From Monocercomonoides exilis PA203 (Eukaryota; Protista; Preaxostyla), in assembly GCA_001643675.2 (NCBI GenBank), contig LSRY02000040.1, forward strand, positions 124,001-188,000: a stretch of DNA of 64,000 nt. Reading direction: 5' to 3'. The position numbers were made by a program, and so were the translations under genes. A model generated the notes under the pieces. It was not told the DNA's origin, ran no database searches, and worked only from the letters and a program-made list of their open reading frames with translations. This document shows positions 1 to 13,578 of this stretch, piece after piece (the stretch's first letter is position 1; each line of letters opens with the position of its first letter).

Positions 1-1671
1 TGATCTGTGTCCCAAATTATATATAATTTAAATAATTTTTTAAATATAAAAATTTCTAAATTTTTTCCTTCAGCATTCTGAAAAGCAAAAATATCAAGAA
101 GTCAATTTATTTTGTTTTTGTTTTAAGCATTTTCACAAATCAAAAAAGCAAAAATAAGTTTCAAAAAAAAAAGGTTGAGATTAAATATTGAGGAAAAGAT
201 AAAATTTGCTCCCTATATATTTAACATTTATTTAATTAAAGCGTGTTAACAAGCTTCCGTTGAATTATCAAGGTTTGGTTGATTAGACTGTTAAAAAAGG
301 TTTGATTTTTTTTTTTATTTTCACTTCAATTATATCAGTGTTTTTTGTGTGTATTATTTTCCCTTCCCACAATTATTATTAATTTAAATGATCTTTTCTA
401 ATTCAAAATCTCTTGTTGATTTTTAGTTTTTGGCCTTTTATTTAAATAAAGTGGACTTTATTCAAATTAATCGGAGTTTAATAAAAATACCTCCATTTAT
501 TCAAATTATACAACTTAATCTGCGTAGCATCTATTAGACCTATTTTCGTTTGTTTTGATCATTTGTCATAAGCTTTAGTGGAAGCCAAAAAGTTAAACAA
601 AATTTAAATAAATGCAGATCTTTTTCAAAAAGATTGAGTCATTGCGAATTGATTCTCTTCTGGGTTTACGATCATTGTTTTTGACAGTTTTTTCTTTTCA
701 AATTTTTTTTAAGTTTTGCAAAAATTTTTTCAAACCAAGAACATAAGAATCATTGATGTTTCATTTTAGCTGAAAAAGACGAAATATACAAAAATAAATA
801 TTCGTGAAATTCAACACTAATCATTAATAACTGTTCAAACAATAAAAACACAAAAATGTTGGCAAGATCTCATTTTTTTAAATAAACTTAATTGAATTGA
901 AGTCTCACAGTGGAATGATTACAACAGATAAAATAAATAAAAATCAAGATAATAAAGCAAAAAAAAATTCATTGAAAAACATAAATGCGCTTTATCGTTC
1001 AAAAATTTGCTTTTTCCTAAGTATTTTGTTTTTATTGAAAAGAAATAACAAACAAAAACTGCTGTTATAAAAAAAACAAATCAAAAACAAAAAATCATTT
1101 GTCAGAATATATTTCTTTAGAAAGCGAATGAAAACAATGAAGGAATATGAGTTGATTAATCATTAATTGTTGCAAAATACTGCAAAATATTCGCTGGACA
1201 TTATTAAAAGCGATTAAAACATAAAAACAAATTCATAAGAATCTGGACCTGTTAACATTGATAGATTAGAAACATACGGAGAATATATAGAAAATGAAAT
1301 AATAAACAGTATATTTTTAAAAATAGACAAAAACATACAATTTGTTCACTGGAGCCAGAGCAAACTTGTAAATTTTTTGATCAAAATTGGCATATAACAT
1401 TTTCTTATCGGATCAAACAATAGATTGACTTATTTTCAAAATGATTGAGTCATTTGCGAAAAGTTGAATTATATACAGAATGATTTCTTCTTTTCGAAAT
1501 GACTAAATAAGTCTTGAATACGTCTATTGTTTGATATAAAATAAATAAACATTCTGAAATAAACAATAAACAATAAAGAATATTAGATGGAATTGGAATA
1601 AGAAAATTTTATTGAAAAGAAAATAATAATTCGAATAACCAAAGTTTGTTACAGATAACACCAGTTTATTC

Positions 1672-1760
1672 TAGCCCTAGGTGACGTGAAGAAAAAAATT
1701 TTTCACATACGTCAAAAATCGAAAAGGTCACGTCAGAAGTCACCACGTCTCCTAAAGCTT
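1672..1760. mobile_element. 89-bp hAT-like miniature inverted-repeat element
   Basis: Left end TAGCCCTAGGTGACGTG, degenerate right end CACGTCTCCTAAAGCTT. Perfect 8-bp direct repeat GTTTATTC at 1664-1671 and 1761-1768. Internal CACGTC/ACGTC motifs. Confidence 0.7.
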
Positions 1761-2741
1761 GTTTATTCGAATAAAAAAAAATTTATTCCAGAAAGACCAA
1801 GTTTATTCCATTTAATCCCTCAACAAATTTTTCTTATCCTTTTTTGTGAAAATGAATGTGCAAAAAAATATGAACACCAAAAAATAAATAAACAATTTTT
1901 ATTCATGGAAGCTGTTTTCTGAATTATTTTATCAAAAAGTTATGGTCTTGAACAATTTTAAGAAAATCTGATTTTCTGAACGAAAGAATTGAGACTCGTA
2001 TGAAATTTCAGATTCATAACAAATTACAAAGACTGTATTTCTGAAAATATAAATATGGCATGTTAACATGCAAAATTGGATGAATTTTTACTCCTCGAAA
2101 AAAAAAGATAATAATAGTAAAAAATGAAAATTATTTAACCAATTATTCGATGGGTATATTCTGAGAATTGCGAAAAAATTATCATTCAAATTAGTTAGCA
2201 AAAAGAACTTTTTCCAGGAAAATTTTAGTTTTGAAATGCCACATTGAAGCGGAAAGTGGCAAAGGAAAGAGTGCTTGTACCTTCGAGGGGTTATTCACTG
2301 GACTATCGCTCACAAATACTGTTGGAGGAGGATAGGGCAAGTTCCAAGTATATGGACCGTCGATTAAAAATTCATTTCAGAAATTATTCGAAAAAAAATT
2401 CCATATGAATAAATTTAAAATTAGATTTATTTGTCGAAAATGTTCTGTAAATAACTTTCAATTTTTCATTCGATCTATCCCACAAATATTTTCACACTAA
2501 CCTGTTTTTATTTTATTTTATTAATGAAGGCTTGGAGCATTATCCTCTCATTTCAAGGTATTTTATAGATTAATTTTATTATTATTTGCTTCATTCATTT
2601 TGATGAATATTTACTGAATCATTTTTGACCGTCATTATTCGAAACAAATTAAATCTTTGTGTTTTTATTCAATTATTTTAATTTCTTTCCCAGAATTTTG
2701 TTCATGTATTCATTTTATGATATTTTTCTTTTATAAACTGA

Positions 2742-3499
2742 TACACCAAAAATTATTCAAAATCGGAAAACTTTCATTCAAAGTCGAAAACTTTCATTCG
2801 AAGTCGAAAAAGTTTCAATCGAAATCGAAAAAATTTCAATCGAAATCGAAATTTTGACAAAAATATAAACGTTTTGTAAAGAGAATTCAATTGAAGTGGA
2901 TCTTTGTTCTTTTGTTTTTGTGATTATTATTAGCAATGTTTGTGTTATTGTTTTCTGCATATTTTGCAGATTTCTGATCAAAATAGACTCAAAAATAAAC
3001 TCTAAACGTAACATAAAACATTTGTTTCCTTCCATAAAAAAAAGAGTTTTTTGATATGAAAAACGCGAAATTAGAGATCCAATGTTGCGTGCATCATTCT
3101 TCATTTATTGTGAAAAAATACACATATTTATTTTTTTGCAAATCTTTTGAAAAGCATTGTTCTTTCAATTGAAATAAGATAAAAATACATCAGTATTTCT
3201 CTCACATTTCTTATTTTAGTGATTGGACAAAAGAAGGCAAAGAAAAACATCGGAAAAAGGATGAAAAATCATTAAAACAACAAATATCATTGATATTTCA
3301 ACAATAAAAATGTTTTTTGACTTTTATTGAATTTTGTCAACTCTTTGAAATTTTGAAAATTTTCGAACTTTCGACTTTGCTTGAAAGTTTTTCGATTTCG
3401 ATTGATATTTTTTCGATTTCGATTGAAACTTTTTCGACTTCGAATGAAAGTTTTCGACTTTGAATGAAAGTTTTCCGATTTTGAATAATTTTTGGTGTA
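2742..3499. mobile_element. Non-autonomous TIR element (~760 bp) with ~110-bp TIRs built from ~20-bp sub-repeats
   Basis: TACACCAAAAATTATTCAAAATCGGAAAACTTTCATTC... at 2742 is the reverse complement of ...GAATGAAAGTTTTCCGATTTTGAATAATTTTTGGTGTA ending at 3499. The same peptide (IHQKLFKIGKLSFKVENFHSKSKKFQSKSKK) appears in opposite-strand ORFs 2657+ and 3324-. Confidence 0.85.
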
Positions 3500-3559
3500 T
3501 ATGCTGAATATTCAATTTGTTGCAAAAATTATAAATAAATTTCAATGAAAGTGTTGTAT

Positions 3560-5830
3560 CTGTTTCATTTAATGAAAGAAATCAAGTTTCTGAAGCTTGT
3601 TGCGCTTCAAAGATTTATACTGAAACTGCTAACAAAAAATCGAAGACCAAAATTTGATGATGATATTTGTCTTCTGCTGAAATACAATTGAAATAACAAA
3701 TAACAAAAGCTCATTGTTGTTGACACCAAGAAACGTTGAAGATGTCCAGGAACATGCCAAATCACATGACTGCATCAACTGAAAAAGTCGTTTTTTTCAC
3801 ACAAGAATGCTATGGTGCAGCTTGTCGTTCAGATGCCGTACAACCTCGCTCAGCGTCTCACACAGGTCTTCCATTCGCCCACAGTCCTTCTCGTTCTTCC
3901 CTTTCTCTCCTGACACAAATATCCGCTCTGATTTGTAGAACACAATGAATGGATCCAAATCAATAGGAGCTTTGTTTGGTTGATCAGTGCAAGAGATTGC
4001 ATTGGACTTATCGAATGACAGTTCTTCGAAATCAATTACAAATAGCGTTTCATTGATCTGCTCAGCAATCGATCGGCAGACAATGAAAAGATCCTTCGCC
4101 ACACTCGCTCTGTTCAAAGAAAACCGAATCAGTCGAAATTTGATTGGCAGACCTTTCACAGTATTTGAAGAATTAACATTTGAATTGTCTGGATCGTCCA
4201 GGCAACTCAATGCAATTGAGCCCCCTCTGTCTTTGCTTGTTGAACACGCACATGTTTCAAAAGACGACAGATTCGCCTTCACACTTTCTTCATTTGCCCA
4301 ACTGCAAATCAAAGAGTCTGAGCTTTCCTTCATCCACACACAAAACACCCCTCCCAGCTGAGACTCGCTGTTGCAGTCGCTGAATGTCGAGTTGTCCATC
4401 GTCAGCTCCACAGACAGCGCGCTCTCATAAGAAATGATCGACGCCTTCGCATTTATGTTGCGGATGAGATGCCGCTGAAGATTCTCCAGTCTGATTTCGC
4501 TCGCTTCTTTGCCATTCCCTGATAAGACTGATTCCTCATCCCCCTTTTCTTCTGCATTGCCCACAGAAATAAACGATCCATCTGCAAAATTCAGAACATC
4601 AACAGAAAACCCACTCGCCACAAAATGTGCAGCCGGCGCAGCAAGTCGGATGGCCGATGTCACAAAGGAGAGCTCGGCCATTTTAAACTCTTCAATCGAG
4701 TGTCCCAGACGAAACATGGAAAAGCAGAAACACAATGCCTTTTTCTGCTGTCTGCAACGCAAAGAAGCACTTGTTAAGCGAAGCTGTTCCAGTCTCAGTG
4801 AAAAGAGGTTCCTTTTGTTGTATTTCGAAAGACGAAGGCAGGCAAAAGTTGATGGAGGTGAATGTGAGCATCAGCTTGTTTGTGAGCATCAGCTTGTTTG
4901 TGAGCACAGCCTCAGAAGGTTCAGAAAGAGATTGAATCGTTTTTCCCACAGTGATTGTGCATTCATCTGAGGAAGGCTCATCAGAAGAAGAAGAAGAATC
5001 ATCATGAGAAGAAAAACCAGCTGGAATTATTGAACTGTTTGAAAGGTCCCACTCGTCTGAAATGGCAGCACTTGTGTTGATTATGATTTCTCTGAATTGG
5101 ACTCCTTCTCTGAAATGCCTCATCCCTTCCCAAAATGACTGACAAGGCTCCCTTTCTGATCCGCTCACGTGAATGTCTCTTCCACTCGACGACACAACAA
5201 CAGAAGTGTCTGTGTGCTCAAACAGCAGCTTGTCCAAAGATATGCCTTCTGTAAAGTTCACTTCGTCTGACCCAAAGAAAGCCGTTGTGTTCTTCCATTC
5301 AGTCCAATCAAACATCACCAAACACCAAGTCAGACAAGGAGAACCCATAGATCGAATTGCAGAAGCTCAGATACAAAAACCCTCCATTTCCTTTGAAAGT
5401 CGAAAAAATGCAAACAACTCAGATTTCACACCATTCCTCAGATCATTCACCACAATAAACATGTCTCTTCCTTGTTTCGCCTTGTTTCCTCAAGCACTTA
5501 TCTCTGAAAATGCATATGAAACATAGTTATCTGTTGTCCATGTCAAATTGATTCCTCCCCCACATCCTTCAGAACTGCTGCAGATGCTTCTTGTAATTTC
5601 CTCATTGCTCATTTTCAGCTGCCCATCTGCACCTTTCAGCTCAAAAGACATCGCTCCTCCCTTTTTGCATCCTCCAGAGTCGAGCATTTGGATTGTGCAC
5701 CCAACAACTTCAACTTCGTAGCTGTTCTGAAGAGAGAATTCCGATGTACACGGATTCGATGCTCCATTGCTGATGCTGCTGAATGAAGAAGCATTTAACA
5801 GAAGAACAGTTGTTGATGAATCTCCTTTTT
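3560..5830 (-). pseudogene. Fragmented gene of the large Ser/Gly/Cys-rich (GGA-motif, beta-helix/adhesin-like) protein family
   Basis: ORFs 5490-6032, 4692-5348 and 3797-4762 lie in successive frames with repeated family motifs (GGAMSFEL, GCGGGINL, GGSIALSC, GKNEKDCGRMEDLCETL). An 18-bp tandem duplication TGTGAGCATCAGCTTGTT lies at ~4863-4905. Fold assignment is inference. Confidence 0.6.
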
Positions 5831-6249
5831 CTTTATTTTTTTTTGAGGTTTTCGCAATTATAACAACAAACAAGTTATTAAACAAATAAATAAATGTCAT
5901 TTTGAGAAATATTTTGGTCTCAAAATAAACATAAGCTCCAACATTATCAAAGAATGCAATGTTGAAATAGAGTATTGACTTTTTCATATCAATCAATAAT
6001 TCAATTCGCATCAAACTGTGCGCTTTTGACAATTGACAATTTTTTTTTGTTTTAAAAGTTTGTGCATTCCTTTGTGCTCGAAATTACCAATGCGAAAGAA
6101 AAAACTCAATTGCGATTATTTCGTTTGAAAAAGCATGAAAAAATGTGAAAAAGTGACTTATTTGTATTTTTCAAAATATGAACACAACAAAAATAAGCAT
6201 ATGAAAATACATAACGTGCAGGTTATTTAAAAAATCAGTGAATAAAATA

Positions 6250-7197
6250 CATGGATTGTTTGAAAATATTTATGGGATAGACCAAATCAAAATTTGAAAG
6301 TTTCATTCAATGCATATTCGACAAAAACAACTAATTTTCTATTAATTATTGAGGCAATTTCTTTCGTGTCCAATATCAAAAAATTTTTTTATCGATGGTC
6401 CAAATGTTTGGAACTTACCGAAATTTACACAGATGGTGTGAAAAGAACAATGTTCAAAAGAATTCAAGGAGATTATCCTGTATCATCAGGAACATTACAG
6501 CCTGGCACGACTTTCCTATCAATCTGCTTTGGACATTTATGGTGAACAGATTTTGCAGGGATTCTCCATCTGAAATCGTAATTGTGGATGAGTTTCATTT
6601 TATAAGAGAAGCAAGAAGAAAATGATAAAAAATGTTGAAGCGTGTGTATTGGAAAAAAGAGAATGAAGAAGGAAGAAAAAATAAGACGAAAGTTAAGCTG
6701 GATTTTAATGAAATAGATAAAAGCATTGGAGCATTTCTTTGACTCAAACTTATCAAGGAATGAAGAATGTTTTGAACATATTGGATGGGTTGTCAGATAT
6801 TTTGAGCTTTCTGAGAAAATTTCAGAGAAATAAGCTTCAGGTTCATTGTTTTATTGGAGAAGCAGCAAAAAGCAAAGGTGAGCAAGTTGAAGAATTGATC
6901 AAAGGTGGAGATGAAGATTCTATTTTGAAGGAACTTCTGCAATCACGTTTGAATTACAATCTGATGAAGAAATGTTTGAACTTCTTTTTTTTGGATTTCT
7001 AGAAGAATGAAAGAGAAAGAGAAAACAAATAATAAGAAACAAAAAGAAAGGCAACCAAAAGAAGGATGATTGAGAAGCTGGAAGAAAAAGAATGCAATGA
7101 CTTCATCACAAGCTTTCAAGAAACATTTGAGTATTCTTACGATGAATATTGATTTGATTTCTCGTTGAATACTTGTGGTTATTCAGTGAATGCTTGT
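6250..7197 (+). pseudogene. Decayed copy of the ~440-aa alpha-helical gene family (3' exon)
   Basis: Broken motifs PAWHDF, EIVIVDEFHFIREARRK, VEELIKGG..SILKELLQS, CLNFF and KRRMIEKLEE match the family consensus, with many stops and frameshifts. Confidence 0.7.
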
Positions 7198-8204
7198 TGA
7201 ATTGAGTCAAAAATTTTTTGTTTCTCTTATTTTTATATATTTTCACAAAACAGCTATACACATTTTTGGTTTTTATAGAAATTTGTTTTTTTGTAATATA
7301 TATAAAAAAGAAGTGAAACAGAGAAATAATAATACAGAAAAATGAACAACTATCTTTGTTGGATTTCTGTTTTGTAATTCTTCTTTGGAAAATTTGCTCA
7401 CATGTTTTGTAAAAAATATTTTGTTTACATTGATATTTATTTTAACTTCTTCTTTTCTCAATTTTTTCCTGCTTTTCATATTTTTTCAATAAATAATCTC
7501 AACAAATTCGGACTGTCAAACGGCACAAAATTTTACCATTCTTTGTTTTCGGTTTTTTTAACATTAAGGTCAATTAGATACTTGTTTCTGTATTCTTTTT
7601 TTAAAAACCATTTTCATCTGTCATGTCGCTGAAGATCCAAGATGCGTTTTCAAAAACTTTTATATATTGTTTTTGAAAGAATTATTTTTTTAATTTTCCG
7701 TTCAACGAAGTCATTTCATATAAAGCTAAAAGGAAAATTTGAAAAATTGAACAAAGAATAATTAAATAAATAAAAAAGCGAGTATTTTCTTCAAAGGTAA
7801 TAAATCGAAAGAGTCCTTTTACGTGCATTCTTCTTATTCTTTTTGGAATTTGAATTTGTTATTCTTTTCATAAAATTAAGAGAACTATGAAAAAATTGAA
7901 AAGCTATAGTTGTCACAATTAGAGAATAAAAACAGTTATCATTCTTGATATTTTTCCAAAATGTTCAGTCCTTTTTTTCTTTCTTTTGTCTTTTTCGCAA
8001 ACTGACCTGACGTGACTTCAGTGACTTGTGAAGACAGTAACGTGTCAAAATTCCGATTACCGCTTTCACTTCAGTGAAAACTGTGTTATGGAAATTTTGA
8101 TGAGAAAATTTTTGAATTTTTTTGCTTCAAAAATTGAAATAAAAATCATATTCAATAAAAATTTAAATTATTATGAACAATAAAATCAACAAAATGAATT
8201 TCTT

Positions 8205-8302
8205 TACAGACGTGGAAAAATCTGTCACGTCCGTCAAAATTCTAAATGTTCACGTCAGAAGTCAGCACGTCACCCAGGGCTAATCAAATGTGTGTTATAA
8301 AT
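8205..8302. mobile_element. Solo right end of the hAT-like family seen at 1672-1760
   Basis: ...CACGTCAGAAGTCAGCACGTCACCCAGGGCTA: the last 17 nt are the reverse complement of the 1672 left end (16/17), and the preceding ~45 nt match 1700-1760 directly. No matching left end with TSD was found. Confidence 0.55.
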
Positions 8303-8743
8303 AGACAGAGTTTATTCCAATTAATTTTTATTATTCCAATTAAAATAGTTTATTCCGAACAAACTTTGTATTTTTGAATAAGTTATTATTATTCAAATAA
8401 AACATTTCTATTCTCATTGTCTCTATTGAAAATATAATTTTTAAATCACAGGTGGAACATAAGTCCAAATGGAAAATATTTTTCCACAAATCTATTTTTT
8501 TAAGAAAATTTTATGTTGGTATGATCAAAAAGAAACATAGAATTTCCATTTCTGGACGTAGACAGTCAATCCTTGCGGCTTCTTCGCGATATCTTTAACA
8601 TTTCTTTTTATAAAGCAAAAACAAAACCGTTTGCATTGCGATCATTTTTGTACTGCAATATAATCATCTATGTGTGTTTTTTTTTTATTTTGTTTCTAAT
8701 CACGCTTTGCATTTCTTTTTGAATATTTATTGCAACAAACAGA

Positions 8744-10257
8744 ATGAGTTTGTCAGATGACGATAATTCTGAAGATAATAAATCTGAAGAAAATAATTCA
8801 GAAGATGATTGTTCTGAAGATGAAATTCTGACTACGGCCAGAACAGAACAGTTTTCAAGTTTGCCTTTTTTTTAGGATTAAATAATTCTGAACATAATTT
8901 TTGTTTTTTTAAATTCTATTGCAGAATTGTTTTGCGAACTGGAACATTGCAGAGAAGATGAACAGAAACAGAAAATTGAAGAAATGAATGAAATAGTTGA
9001 TGAAATGGATGAAGAAGAATTTCTAACAGTTTTCGCAATAGAACAATTAAATAAAATAGATAAAATGATTGAAGAAGAGAAGCTTTTGATGGTAAATGCA
9101 ATTTTGTTGTTGAAACATGTTGGGTATTACAAAGCGCAGAAAATAATTTACATATATTCTTTTGATGATTCATTATTGAGCGAAAGGATGAAAGAGATGA
9201 TAATTGATGAAAATAAGAAGAAAGAAGAAATGAACGAAAAAATTCTTACAGATCTCTGTGAATGTTATGCTTTGCTGGGAGAAGATGACATTTTTGATGA
9301 AGTTCTTTCAATCATTGTGCCTTGCCTTCTGAAAGTTGCCTCGAAGAAAGACGAGACCGAAGAAGCTCAAAAAGAAGTTGAAATGTCGTTACTGGCTTTG
9401 GGTAATATTGGACTTTGGGTTTGAAAACATTTTTCCCATTTTGATATTGATGAATTGTGTTTTTTTCCTTTTTTGCATAGGAAATGAAAAGAGAACTGTA
9501 TTTGAATGAGATCAAAGAAATCAAAGAAATCATCAAATATCACCAGGAGCATCAGAATCTGACACGACTCGCCTATCAGTCTGCTTGGCAGTTTTTGATT
9601 CATCAATTATTCCAAGACAAAAGCTTGGAAGAAGTGATAGTGAATGAACTTCATTTTTCGAAAGAGGCAGCAAGAGAACTGGAAGATCTGTCAAAGAGTG
9701 TGGGCCGGAATAGAAAAGAAGATGGAAAAGGAGAAAATGAAGCAAAGGAAGTGCTTGCTTTCGAGAGATGGTTCTTTTTAATTAATCTTTACTTTTATTC
9801 ATGCAAATTATGGAACGAAGAACTTATTGGACTTATCAGCAGCATTGTTCAGGTATTTCAAGCATCAAGAGATAATTACCCAGATGCAAGGTGTCGATGC
9901 CTTTATTCATTAAGAAGAGCAGTAGAAAAGAGAAAAGTGAAAATTGATGACTTGTTGAAAAGTGGAGCTGTTGGTCTCTATTTGGAGGAAATGAAGCAAT
10001 CAACTTTGGATGATAAAAATATGTCTGATTGCTTGTATTTTTTTTTGAGCATTTCAGAAAGACTGAAAGAAAAAGAGGATGATGAAAAGGAAGAAGCGAA
10101 AAGAAAGTCGATCAAAAGAAAGATGTTTGAATGGAAAGAAGAAGAAGGATACGAAGATGTCATGACGAGCTTTCATGCAATTCTTCCTGATTTGGCAGAT
10201 AAGTCAAAATTTTTACCACTGTCAAAATACTCATCAGATTATCTTTGGAGTCTGTGA
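8744..10257 (+). CDS. Expanded-family alpha-helical (possibly ARM/HEAT-like) protein, copy A, 461 aa, 3 exons
   Basis: Exons 8744-8858, 8925-9418 and 9481-10257 with GT-AG introns of 66 and 62 nt join ORFs 8927 and 9484 in frame (1386 nt). Family motifs CECY, VPCLLKVA, LAYQSAWQFL, EEEGYED. Confidence 0.85.
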
Positions 10258-12119
10258 AGCGAATGTTCAACACATTTCCATTCATTTCATCTCAACTCAG
10301 AAAAGAAGAAAATATGAAAAAGAAAGACGAAAGAAAACGAGCATGTGAAAAAACAAATATGAAAAGATAAGAAAAGAGAAAATGAAAAAAATTCGCATAG
10401 AATCAACATTTTCAGTTGCACACGAAGAATATTCAACAAAAATTGCGTGCTCTTCATTCATTTCATTCAATCTTCTCATTCTCATCTTCCACTTCGACTT
10501 CACTCACACAGCACCCGTCTTCATTTCATCAATTAGGATCTTCCTTTTCTTCTTCTTCTTCTTCTTCTTCTTCTTCATTCGTTTCGACAAAGAAGACGAC
10601 ACACAACTCAGATGAATTGGGGTTGAGTCACTTTCGGATGATGGATGGAATGGAAGTGAAGGGCAATGAAACAAAAATTGAATGAATTTCAAATGAAGAT
10701 TTCTGAGCAAAAGAGAAAGAAAAACAGAGATAGAATTCAATTGAGATTGACTTGTTTCAGCCAAGCAGTTTTTGAATAAGATTTTCATTCTTTTTCTTCT
10801 TTTTCTTCTTTGTCGTCAGATTTATTTCTGTTATATTTTGAACATATGAAGTTGATTACAGGTCTCTTAAGCAAACATTTCTTTCTTTTTTGTTTCTTTC
10901 TTTTTTTTTCACCTTTTCTTTTCTTTTTTCATTGATTTATGATCTGACAAAACTTTGAGCGTTTTTTGCTAAAAAACAAAAATATTTTTATCTGTGTTAT
11001 CTGCTTCTGATTGTTCAGTTAATCTTTGAAGAAATGAGATTCTTCACATTTTGATATTCACTGTGCTTGTTTTTTCTTTTTTGATCATTCCTTTTATCCG
11101 CAAACAACCGTTTGCAGCCTTTTTCAGTTGATAATTTTTGTTGGATTTTGTGATGAATAATCTGATGACGATGTAAATGTTTGAGAAAAAGAGAGACATA
11201 TTTATATTTTAACTCAAAAATTGATGCTTTTGTGTTTGTATTTGTAACTCCAAAATGGTATCTATTTCTTTTTCATCGTTTCACAGAATGGCCACAAACT
11301 CAGGCATTTGAAGTTTTTGTGAAAAAATACTTGTTTTGTTTGTCCACTCATTCAAAATGAAGTGGAACAGCAACAAAAGACAAAAGAAAGAAAGAAAGAA
11401 AGAACTCTGCTGTTCTTATTTTGAGAAGATCATTTGAATGAAAGTGTTTTGAGAATGGAACGAAGAAATGTTCAAATGAAGAAGGAAGAATTGCAAATGA
11501 TGACCGAAGGACTGAAGAGAATCATCAGAAGATATTCTTTTCTGACTAAAATCAAGTGAAAAAATTGGGAGAGCTTTTGATGCTGATTGGAAGAATGGAC
11601 AAGCAGGTGAATAAAAGAGAGAAAGAATTCATTTTTGATGAATTCTTTTGATAAGATTTTTGCAAATCTCATTGAAGCATTTCTTCCCCTTCATCAATTT
11701 GTTTGCTGCATAATTCTGCAATTTCAACATTTTTGACTGGTTTCTTCAGCAAATATTTCTTTCTTCATTTCTTTTGTATTCTTCTCCAACATCTTCTCTT
11801 TTTCATTGAAAATTTAATCAGAAAGAGAATAGGCAAAGGAGACCAGTGGCTTCAAAAGGCAAAAACTGAACAATTGAACACATTGGAATAAAAATGAATC
11901 CTGTTGAAGAAGGTGGATGGCAATAATCAATTCAACGAAGATTCTTGATGGAACTTATTAAAAAGAAAAGAATATCATATTTTTTCATTTTTTTTTCTTT
12001 TTTGAAAAAGAAAAGAAAAATATCAATCAATAATAATTTTTTTTCCCCAACTGTGATATGAATAAAAAAGAAAAGAGAATATATTTTCAGAGTTACAGTT
12101 TTCATTGAAAAGAATTTGG

Positions 12120-13578
12120 TTAAATATTCACAAAATAATCAGAAATATTCAACGATAATTCATTACCACATTTTCTATTTTGAAAACCAAATACTTTGTG
12201 AAAGCTTGCCATGACATCTTCGTATCCTTCTTCTTCCATCCTTTCTAATATCTTTCTTTTCAACTCTTTTCGTTCAGTTTCGTCTGTTTCTCCATCCGTC
12301 TTTTCTTTCAGTCTTTCTGAAATATTCAAAAAGAAATACAAGCAATAAGACATAATTTTATCATCCAAAGTTGATTGCTTCATTTCTTCTGAAAACAGAA
12401 CTATGATTCCTTCCCTTGCAAAAGGATCAATTTTCACACATTCATTTTCAACTGCTCTTCTTAATGAATTAATGCATTTACGGCTCAGATCTGGGTAATT
12501 ATCTCTTGATGCTTGAAATACTTGAACAATGCTGCTGATAAGTCCAATAAGTTCTTCGTTCCACATCGTGCATGAGAAAAAGTAAAAATCAATAACAAAG
12601 AACCATCTCCTGATTACAAACTCTTCTTTCGATTCAATGACTCCTTTTCCCTCTTCATTTCTCTTCCAATCCACACATCTCGTCAACTCTTCCAATTCTC
12701 CTCTTGCTTCTCTCACAAAATGCATTTCATTCACAATCACTTCTTCCGAGCTTTCTTCGTTGTGAAATCTTTTTATCAAAAACTGCCAAGCTGATTGGAA
12801 GGCAAGCTGAGTGATGCTGTGAAGTTCTCGATGATATTCGATGATTTCTTTGATTTCATTCAAATACAGTTCTCTTTTCATTTCCTATGAAAAAAAGGAA
12901 GAAAATACAATTCAACAATATCAAAATGGAAAAATGTTCTCAAACCCAATATCCGATATTGCCCAAAGCCAGCAACGCCATTTCAACTTCCTTCTGAGCT
13001 TCTTCGGTCTCGTCTTTCTTCAATGCAACTTTCAGAAGGCAAGGTACATAGATTGAATCCATTTCAGATGAAGGCCATCTGTTCAACAACAAATAGCATT
13101 CACAAAGGTCAATCAGACGCTTTTCATTCATTTCTTCTTTCTTCTTCTCATTTTCATCAATTATCATCTCTTTCATTCTTTCGCTCAATAATGAATAATC
13201 AAAAGATCCTAAGTCAATCATTTTCAGCTCTTTGTTGTATCCAACATGCTTCAACAACAAGGTTGCACTTTCCAATGACAATGTCTTTTTCTCAATCATT
13301 CTGTAGATTGTATCGAACAGTTCTATTGTGAAAACTGTTAGAAATTCTTCTTCATCCATTTCATTAATCAATCCATTCAACTCTTCAATTTTCTGTTTCT
13401 GTTCAACTTCTCTGCAACGTTCAAGCTCATCGAACAATTCTGCAAGGGTTATTCAATAAAAACAAAAATTTTTGTTCAAAATTGTTTTATCCAAATAAAA
13501 TGGCAAACTTGAAAACTGTTCTGTTCTGTTCAGAGCCTGAACTACTTTTTCACATTTATCAGCATTTGGCAAACTCAT
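12120..13578 (-). CDS. Expanded-family alpha-helical protein, copy B, 442 aa, 3 exons
   Basis: Exons 13578-13509, 13439-12946 and 12884-12120 (1329 nt, open). Introns are at the same positions as in copy A. Confidence 0.85.

Noticed and set aside
1240-1500. Peptide IDRLETYGEYIENEIINSIF resembling the start of a Ulp1/C48 protease domain
   Set aside because: Short, surrounded by stops, and no convincing catalytic His/Cys motifs.
2215-2365. GC-richer island encoding AESGKGKS (Walker A-like)
   Set aside because: Under 50 codons, ends in a stop, no Walker B; compatible with chance or an unidentifiable relic.
2760-2855. ~20-bp periodic repeats as a CRISPR array
   Set aside because: No unique spacers; they are tandem sub-repeats of a TIR in eukaryotic DNA.
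1672-8302. One 6.6-kb transposon bounded by the 17-bp inverted match
   Set aside because: Flanks GTTTATTC and ATCAAATG are not a TSD; the left end already has its own partner and TSD at 1760.
11415-11680. Possible further relic of the helical gene family (EWNEE-like words)
   Set aside because: Too decayed to align confidently by eye.
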